The notes under the pieces are model-generated. The model was not told the origin of the DNA. It did not search any database and saw only the letters and a program-made list of their open reading frames with translations. Of a stretch of DNA of 61,768 nucleotides, positions 53,936 through 61,768 are shown piece after piece (position 1 is the stretch's first letter; each line of letters opens with the position of its first letter). The position numbers were made by a program, and so were the translations under genes. Source of the DNA: Octopus sinensis (taxonomy: Eukaryota); the NCBI RefSeq assembly GCF_006345805.1, contig NW_021832238.1:1-61768 (forward strand), in the 5' to 3' direction.

Positions 53936-54968
53936 TACACACACATGATGAATATATAGAAGATAGAAAACCCCCACACACACATCAAACATACATATAA
54001 TATATAGGCAAATTGCAATCCTGTCAGCGCATGGCTAATTGCGTCCCGTTATATTGTTTTTTGTTTAAACAGGTAGCCATTGTGCGTTTGATACTTTTTA
54101 AATGTTTATCAAGACTAGGAAATCAGATGCTTTTTGCTGCACTTTGTATATACAACTTACATGTAAAATGTAATTACGAACGTATATCACATACACATAT
54201 AAAGCATATATTTGTACGCCTATCACTTATATAAAAATATCTACAGAAATACATAACATACATTTAACAGAAAATTATACTGGATTGGTTTTTGTTTTTG
54301 ATGTGTAATACCAAGGCAAATATGATAAAAAATAATTAGGAGCGAATGTATGCAAGCCAGGAACTATCTCAATTTTATTTTTTTTCCCCATGTAGGACTA
54401 CTTTTTTCAATGCTTTCTGTCTTTATAAGGAAGGTGTTGTGTGAAGTGAGAGAAATTTAGCTGCTACATCTAGTTGATAGATTGACTACCTAGGAGATCT
54501 CTCATTAACGCATTATTCCACTATATCGATACATCATAGATTTACAGCTTTCCTTTGACTCTGTTACAAGAGCTAAGTATTTTGGACAATGGCTCGATTA
54601 ATCGTCAATGAAACCGTATGAAGATTCGATATTCCGTGATTTGCTATCCATGTGCAAATCTTTCAGATGAAAACCTTTTAGTTCCTGAAATAAACACATG
54701 AAAAGGGCATTTTTAAAGGCAAGTACCCTGGCGGTTTCTATTCCCGTAGAAGCCCCTATAGATCCTTAATGGGATCTGGGAGAAATCTTCAAGGTTACTG
54801 AACCTATTTACTCTCAATAGAATCCAGAGATCAATCAGTGATTGATTAATGGATTCTTGAATCAGAAATCACTGTTTATTGATGTTTGACAAATTCAGGA
54901 ACTCCCTGATAATTGATATCGATGAATTGGTACATGAATAAAATATAGCTTTTTAACCAGCCTCCGTG

Positions 54969-55292
54969 AAGGCGCGTGGCTCAGTGGTTAGGGTATACGG
55001 CTCACAGTCGTAAGGTCATGAGTTCGATTCGCGGCAGCTTGTTGTGTCCTTGGGCAAGACACTTTTTATTTAATGCTGCTCCGTTCCAACCATCTCGTAA
55101 AAATGAGTAACGCCCGAATTTCAAAGAGCCAGCCTTCTCACATTCTGTGTCACGCTGAATGTCCTAAGAACTATTTTAAGAGTACGTGCATCTGTGGAGT
55201 GCTCAGCTAACTACACGTTAATTTCACGAGCAGGCTGTTCCGTTGATCGGATTAACTGGAACACTGGTCGTCGTAATCGACGGAGCGCCAGT
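54969..55292 (+). mobile_element. SINE family C, full length with imperfect TSD
   Basis: A box TGGCTCAGTGG and B box GAGTTCGATTC. Flanked by TTAACCAGCCTCCGTGA and TTAACGAGCCTCCAGTGA. Confidence 0.85.
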
Positions 55293-55529
55293 TAACGAGC
55301 CTCCAGTGATGGGACCTATACTTGGTTGTGTTACTTGCAAGAAATAAGAAAACACTCCTCCCACAAATTACACTCCCTCGTGTTATAAAAATTAAACGGG
55401 ATCCTTATAAGATTTCGTTGTTAAAATTTATGTGCATCAAAATGGTTGTACTTCCATACAATACACAAAATACAAAAACAAAATTTGTACAATTCCTTAT
55501 AATACATAATTAGAAAATATAAGGATTTC

Positions 55530-55740
55530 AGATTTTAGTAATAAGGCAAGCAAATTCCGGGGAGAGGGTAAGTAGGTTACATCGATCACAAGGTTTAACT
55601 GATATATATTTTATGGACCCTGCAAAAAAACAGAAAGGCAAAAATCGACCTCGGAGGAATTTGAACTCAGAACGCAAAGACGGAGGAAATGTCGAAAACA
55701 TTTTGCTCGGTGTGCTAACGAGTCTGCTAGTTTGCTACTT
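55530..55740 (-). mobile_element. SINE family B, diverged
   Basis: TCGACCTCGGAGGAATTTGAACTCAGAACG. Confidence 0.7.
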
Positions 55741-57011
55741 TACGAAAGCATAGCACATATGTATCTAGCTGAGTCAAAACGGTAGCAGCAATGCGGTCAA
55801 TTCTTCTATAGAAATAGCAGTCAAATCTCATTGACGTCATATCCTACTGCTCTGAGAAATAAAATAAGCGATAATGTTGTCTTATCTGCATCTAAAACAA
55901 CGATTTGTTTTCGATCATTTTGTCAGGAGGAAAGCACTGTTGCTCTTACTCTTTATGAGGCCCCGAATACTGATGAGAGTAACCAAGAAAAAAATGCATG
56001 ACGTGGAGACTCAACTTGTTGCAAGTATCCAGGCCTAGATACTAGCATCAAGTTGAATCTGTAAAGGGCACGTAAGGTCTTTGGAGTCAGTGTAATACAT
56101 CTCTACGAGCACATAAAGGTACCGGTGCAAGGTAGCTCAATCTGCTAGAAACACCAGGAAAATCACTCCCAAAACAGTAAATCACAGTATTTTCGAAAAG
56201 GAAAAAGAAGTATATACTGTCATTGTGAAAAGGAGACTTTGTTCTTTTGTGACGTACACAGTAGCGACTAGCATGTTCATCATTGAATGTGCTGGAATGT
56301 ATTACGAATGAATATGTAAATCATCATTTCAAACCTCGCTGTACACAGTGCAAATGTTAAATACACTGATCAATAATCAGTTTTCTTTGCTGAAATTATC
56401 AAGAAAGCCATGGGTTTGATGTAGGCTTAATGTTGCGGTTGCTTCAGGTTGGTGAGACAAAACATACTGAAACACCGGTGTCCCAGAATCTCTTGCACCA
56501 ATAAATTGTGTGTGTTATAAATATATTGTTATCGTAAAGGGAAAAGTTGTTCTCTTGCGACGTACACAGAAGCGACTAGCATATTTGCGCTCGAATCTGT
56601 CTGAGTTTATTAAGAATAATAACGCAAATCATCATAGGGAAACATATTTGATCTTTTATATTTCTTGTTTCTTTTATCGAGGTCTGAGAGCGATGGTGAA
56701 ATAGCTTATCAGGATGGGAGACAATATATGAACGCTTCTTTCATGGATAATCCAATATAGCTTATTAGAAAGGGTGTGAAGAGCGGGAAGAGGTAGGGAA
56801 ATACTCCGGTTCTATCTCTAAAACTACTGATATATATATATATACATACAGGGAAAAGTCACATTTTGTGAATTACAAATAAAAGGAATGTAATTAAAAC
56901 AAATTTATTAAACTTTTAGATCCTCCGATGACTTTTGGGCCCCATTGTATTAAACATTTTACTGTGTTTTGGTAATTGAATATTATCAGGAATTATATAG
57001 AAAAACAACTA

Positions 57012-57257
57012 CAGTCGTGACCAAAAGTTTGGAGCATTTAAAAAAAAATTAAAATTGATAAACTTCTCATATTATTGTAATAATATATTGCAAATTAAAT
57101 AAAACTTTGGGCATTTAATATAAAAGTTCTAATTTTCAAGCCTATGTTCCAAATTGTTGGACGAGTAAGAAGAGTAAGAATATTTTGCAAATTAAATATA
57201 ACTTTGGGCATTTAGAATAAAAATTCTAATTTTCAAACCTATGTTTGGCGACGACTG
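57012..57257. mobile_element. Tc1-type MITE with an internal ~95-bp duplication
   Basis: TA-CAGTCGTGACCAAAAG ... TTTGGCGACGACTG-TA. TTGCAAATTAAATA...CTTTGGGCATTTA...TTCTAATTTTCAA occurs twice. Confidence 0.7.
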
Positions 57258-57939
57258 TACAGTCTCGAGTGCTACGACTGAACTTACAACCTTTCCTTTG
57301 ATCAGGATGCCAACCGACGCAGAGTTACTCTTTTACACCTCAGTGAACTTGTGCAAAGTGAAATAAAATGCTTTTCCCAAAAACACACGCAGCCGTTCAA
57401 TTTGTGAATCGAAATCACGACCTTGCAGCCATGAATACACCATCCCTAACCACAAGGCCACACAACCTCAAAACATAAAACTAGAAATTATTTCAAACAC
57501 TTCTATTGTTCACGGTTCTAGGTAATGACAGGCAATATTGCCATAGAAGTCAGCTAATTAATATTATGTTTTAACATAATAACTAATTATTCTGTTTCGA
57601 CTTCAACGTATCTGGTTAATTTATTAGTAAGTAATTGCTCGCGTTACTTTGTTACTAATATCAGTTATTTAAATAGTTAGATCACTAATAGTCAACGTGT
57701 GTGTGTAAACTATAAAATATTTCGTTAAGCAGCCATTTTCTTTTCTCTGTCGTTTTCTTTTATGATGATAGATATATTGGTCTATGAAGTGATATAACTA
57801 GTTAATTAGAAGGTTTACTCATAAATCAATGGAACAATCGATTAGAACACAAGCAAAAAAAGAAATCACAAACGCCTGGATAAATATTTATTTTCATATA
57901 TATTCACAACTGTGTGAAACAGAAAGACTCTCTTTCTCC

Positions 57940-58008
<69 letters not shown>

Positions 58009-58599
58009 CATACATACTTACAAACAAATACACACAAACACTTATATATTTCCAAATATATACATATACATACATATATGTGCGTGTGTGTGTATATGTG
58101 TATGTACATATATATATATATTTATATATATATATATATGAATATACATATATGCATAAATATACATATATACATAAATATATTTGATTATAAATAAAAT
58201 ATCAATATATACATACGTTTATACGTATATGTATACTTGTGAGCGTGTATATATATATATATACACACATTCAATCGCACACACAGAGTAAGCGTAAGGA
58301 GTCTAGTTTCAGAGTAAAATAGGTAAGTACCAAATTAATGTTCGAAATAATCATTTAATATGAATATGTATATATGCCACACCTCATGTAAATGAATTAA
58401 TGTCGTCTATCCACGTTTGTCCATTTTTCCTCTCTTTATATGTACACACACGCCAACACACACACACAGCCACAACCGCACGCAAACACACACATATATA
58501 AAAAAGAGTATGTGTGTGTGTATTTATATATATATTTATTTGTACATATATATATTTATTTATTTATTTGTATATATATATATATATATATATATATGG

Positions 58600-58828
58600 T
58601 TTCTTTATTGTCCACAAGGGGCTAAACATAGAGGGGACAAACAAGGACAGACAAAGGGATTAAGTCGATTACATCGACTCCAGTGCGGAACTGGTACTTT
58701 ATTTATCGACCTCGAAAGGATAAAAGCAAAGTCGACCTCGCCGGAATTTGAACTCAGAACGTAATGGCAGATGAAATACGGCTACGCATTTCGCCCTGCG
58801 TGCTAACGTTTCTGCCAGCTCGCCGCCT
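58600..58828 (-). mobile_element. SINE family B, full length
   Basis: Reverse complement of the 51661 unit. Confidence 0.85.
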
Positions 58829-59009
58829 ATATATATAGAGAGAGAGAGTTAGCGGTTGTAATAACCGACTAAGGGATAAAATATCCGTATGTACTATCAG
58901 TATCCGTTACCCGTATTATCCCCTGGCATTGGTGTGCAGGTATACCATGCACGTAGAGTTCAGATAACAACAGGATAAGGAAGGGTTTATCAGGCACAAT
59001 GATTATTTG

Positions 59010-59056
<47 letters not shown>

Positions 59057-59062
59057 ATATAT

Positions 59063-59101
<39 letters not shown>

Positions 59102-59414
59102 TGATTATATACATATATAAAAATATGTATATAGGTATATTAAACGCAACATAATAAGGACAGTGAGGACCCACTCTGGGGGAGCGAGATCCATTATATA
59201 CCTATACTCCAGGGATATACAGTCGACTGGAAATTAATACAAATAGGTATTAATTTGGAAGGTGTCGGTTGTATGAGTACTGGAAAACACGAGGCAATAT
59301 TAGGTTCTATATGCTTTGGATTCAGAAAATGAATGGTCATAACTATTTATCACAAATATATTGTGTCAGCGGCGATGAATTAAAGGATAAAAATTCTTCC
59401 TGATTTATATAGAC

Positions 59415-59640
59415 CCTTAGGGCCAGTTTCCCGGTTTCTGTAGCGTGTATATATTATCCCTCTCTGGTCGGAAGTCCTATCTGATACAAGGTTACTCATT
59501 TTTACCAGCTGATTGTACTGGGGCAACGTGACATTAAGTGCTTTCCTCAAGAATACAACACCTCACACACTCTAGGATTCGAAACCACAATTTTACGATC
59601 ATGCGTCCAACTCGCTAATAACTATGCCACGCGCTTTCAG
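59415..59640 (-). mobile_element. tRNA-derived SINE with family C-like head and core and another tail
   Basis: Minus strand AAGCGCGTGGCATAGTTATTAGCG...GGTTTCGAATCC...CTTGAGGAAAGCACTTAATGTCACGTTGCCCCAG, tail ...GAAACCGGGAAACTGGCCCTAAG. Confidence 0.6.
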
Positions 59641-60742
59641 CAGGTGGTGAGTTAACAGCGTCGTTAGAGCATCGGATAGATTGTTTCGGCACTTTATAGT
59701 CTGAGGTGAAATCCTGCCGAGGTCAACTCAGCCTTTCAGCCTTTCTGAATCTATTAAATGATTCTCGTTCTGAGTCGAATTTTCTCATTCGTTCTTTCTG
59801 TATGACTTTCATCAGGAATAAATCGGATATGATCTGGCTTCGGTATAAATGGGCTCAGTGAAGTCTAATATATGCTGAAGGGATGCCGTACAATGCAATG
59901 GTACCCCTTCGTCTCCATCAAGGTGTTCTCAAGTGAGAGCAAGGCAAGTAGAGTACCAGTCAAGTACTCTGGGGGTCAAATCTTCTCTCTGTCTCTCTAT
60001 TCCCCCACTCTTCGTCATCTCTGTTTCTCTTTCCACTCCCTTTCCCTTCATCACTCTCTTCTCATCTTTCTCTCTCTCTCTCATACACACACACTCTCTC
60101 TCTTTCTCTGAATCAGCTTTGTTACTCTGTGAGAAAAGTTTTAGTTGATGACACACACCGCCTCTTTCTTAAGAAGGGAAGGAAGTTTGGGTGAGCGAAT
60201 AGCAGCTTCCTATCATAGAAGACACACACGCTCACGCACACATACACATACTCATGCATACATATACACACAGTCACACACAAACAGGACGAAAGAGAGG
60301 GGTTCGAATCGCAGTAGAATACGGACCTGAAATAAGAAAAATATATTTAACGGCAACATTCATTTTTCTTGATAAACATGGATACGTAGTCAAGAAACTT
60401 AATTTACAAAGCCGTAGCTATTTTGGTCTACTTTGGGCCGAACAATGACTTGTGAGTGAAGTTGTCAAACGGAGTCTGTGTGGAAGCTTGGCATGTATGT
60501 GTGTATGTATGTATTTGTGTTCGCGTTTATCTATCACTCAACCACCACCAACAACACCACTTCGCATACAATTGACAACTGAAATTGGTTTGTTTACATC
60601 CCCGTAACTTAGTGACTCGGAAAATATAGAGATGGACTGATTAAATATTAAGCAATATAGTTCGATATTCAAGAGATGAAGAATTATGTACATTATTTAC
60701 ATTATTTACATTTGATGGATACTTGTCCTCATCTTGTTTGAT

Positions 60743-60788
60743 AACACAACGTTTCGGCTGATATACCCTCCTGCCTTCATCAGGTGTC
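60743..60788 (-). ncRNA. Minimal type I hammerhead motif (one stem II mismatch)
   Basis: GACAC CUGAUGA A GGCAG GAGGGUAUAU CAGCC GAAA CGUU GUGUU. Confidence 0.72.
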
Positions 60789-60854
60789 TTGGGCAAATTT
60801 CGAACTAGGTTTCTCGTTCCTAAGGTATTTTTCGATATTATTATTATTATTATA

Positions 60855-60925
60855 GGTCACTGCCTGGAATCGAACTCGAAATCTTGGAGTTAGTAGCCCG
60901 CACTCTTAACCACTACGCCATATGC
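60855..60925 (-). promoter_or_regulatory. tRNA-derived Pol III internal promoter (SINE-type head)
   Basis: GCATATGGCGTAGTGGTTAAGAGTGCGGGCTACTAACTCCAAGATTTCGAGTTCGATTCCAGG has A box TGGCGTAGTGG and B box GAGTTCGATTCC. It lacks a proper acceptor stem, so it is not a tRNA gene. Confidence 0.75.
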
Positions 60926-60962
60926 TCGTGGGCATATAATAATAATAATATTAATAATAATA

Positions 60963-61016
<54 letters not shown>

Positions 61017-61075
61017 CAACAACAACATCGAAAAATACCTTAGGAACGAGAAACCTAGTTCGAAATTTCCCCCAA

Positions 61076-61121
61076 GACACCTGATGAAGGCTGTAGGGTA
61101 TATCAGCCGAAACGTTGTGTT
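61076..61121 (+). ncRNA. Minimal type I hammerhead motif, canonical core
   Basis: GACAC CUGAUGA A GGCUG UAGGGUAUAU CAGCC GAAA CGUU GUGUU. Stem I is GACAC/GUGUU, stem II is GGCUG/CAGCC, stem III is palindromic ACGU, and the triplet is GUU. Confidence 0.8.
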
Positions 61122-61768
61122 AACAACAAACAAGATGAGGACAAATATTCGTCAAATATAAATAATGTAAATAATGTAAATATTTAGCTTAAAAATTAGG
61201 ACTGAAGTCGATTTGTCTGAGCGAACCCTTAGCTGCAGCTTAATGCCTGAATCAGGGAAATGAAAGACAGAGGAATACAAGACTCAGTAATAATATACTG
61301 GTCCTTTAAAATGGGGCCGAGATACACCTGCACTTTAAAATCACATATGTCTGCCTGATGCGCATCATCTCTCTGCTTGCGTCGTGTATTAGAAACCCTT
61401 ATATACATATATATATGATATATATATATATATATATAATATATATATATATATGTTTACATAATTACTTCTTACACTTGCAGAACGGCGTTAAACATCT
61501 AAGAAATTAGTGATCAAAGTTGATTACCAGATCAATATATAACTAATCAACGAAACAAACGCGGCTTAGACAGAGAATTTACAGTCAGTCGACTAAGTTG
61601 GTTGAATTACGTTGGTAACCATGTGTGTATGTATGTATTTATGTATGTCTGTATGCATGCTATGCATGTATGTATGCATATATGTATGTATTAAAGAATG
61701 TATGTATGTATATATGTATGTATGTATGTATGTATGTGTGTGTGTATGATTCTGTATAGACAAGATTG

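Larger units (their letters stand above)
60687..61182. mobile_element. Foldback element: tRNA-like head + (AAT)n + hammerhead-bearing tail, duplicated in inverted orientation
   Basis: 60687-60836 is the reverse complement of 61027-61182. The tRNA-like head is at 60855-60925 (minus). The palindromic centre ATATGCTC-GT-GGGCATAT is at 60920-60937. Confidence 0.85.

Noticed and set aside
55965-55995. CTGATGA...GAAA at ~55970
   Set aside because: No stem II or stem I/III pairing; chance match.
59780-59820. Minus-strand CUGAUGA AAGUCAUACA GAAA
   Set aside because: The intervening sequence cannot form stem II.
60855-60925. Possible tRNA gene (also the other A/B-box heads)
   Set aside because: There is no acceptor-stem pairing or clean anticodon arm. 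These are SINE-type heads.

Overview
This is an AT-rich, microsatellite-saturated animal genomic window, intronic or intergenic, with no supportable host protein-coding exon. Its SINE repertoire resembles octopus (coleoid) repeats; that is from recall and was not searched. Nearly all ORFs in the supplied track are translations of simple repeats. The real content is a layered set of old transposon copies: a near full-length IR-DR Tc1 (DD34E) element with a frameshifted transposase (8394-10014), mariner and maT/DD37D-like remnants, two HERO-type RLE-LINE remnants, an RTE-like LINE remnant, a Helitron, a Helentron/HINE-like element, more than 30 tRNA-derived SINE copies or fragments in about 4 families, and an internally deleted U6 snRNA copy. 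The most notable signal is a dense set of type I hammerhead-ribozyme motifs of the kind known from Penelope-like elements and retrozymes. There are 9 foldable copies at 6 loci with unrelated stems, plus 2 degenerate ones. They sit in short non-coding foldback or partial-tandem elements, mostly inserted in or beside (TA)n tracts. One family has a compensatory U3-A8 core (UUGAUAA) in a 355-bp monomer, several have a U4C core, and one is fused to a tRNA-like Pol III head. SINE and remnant boundaries are approximate and all folds were done by eye.
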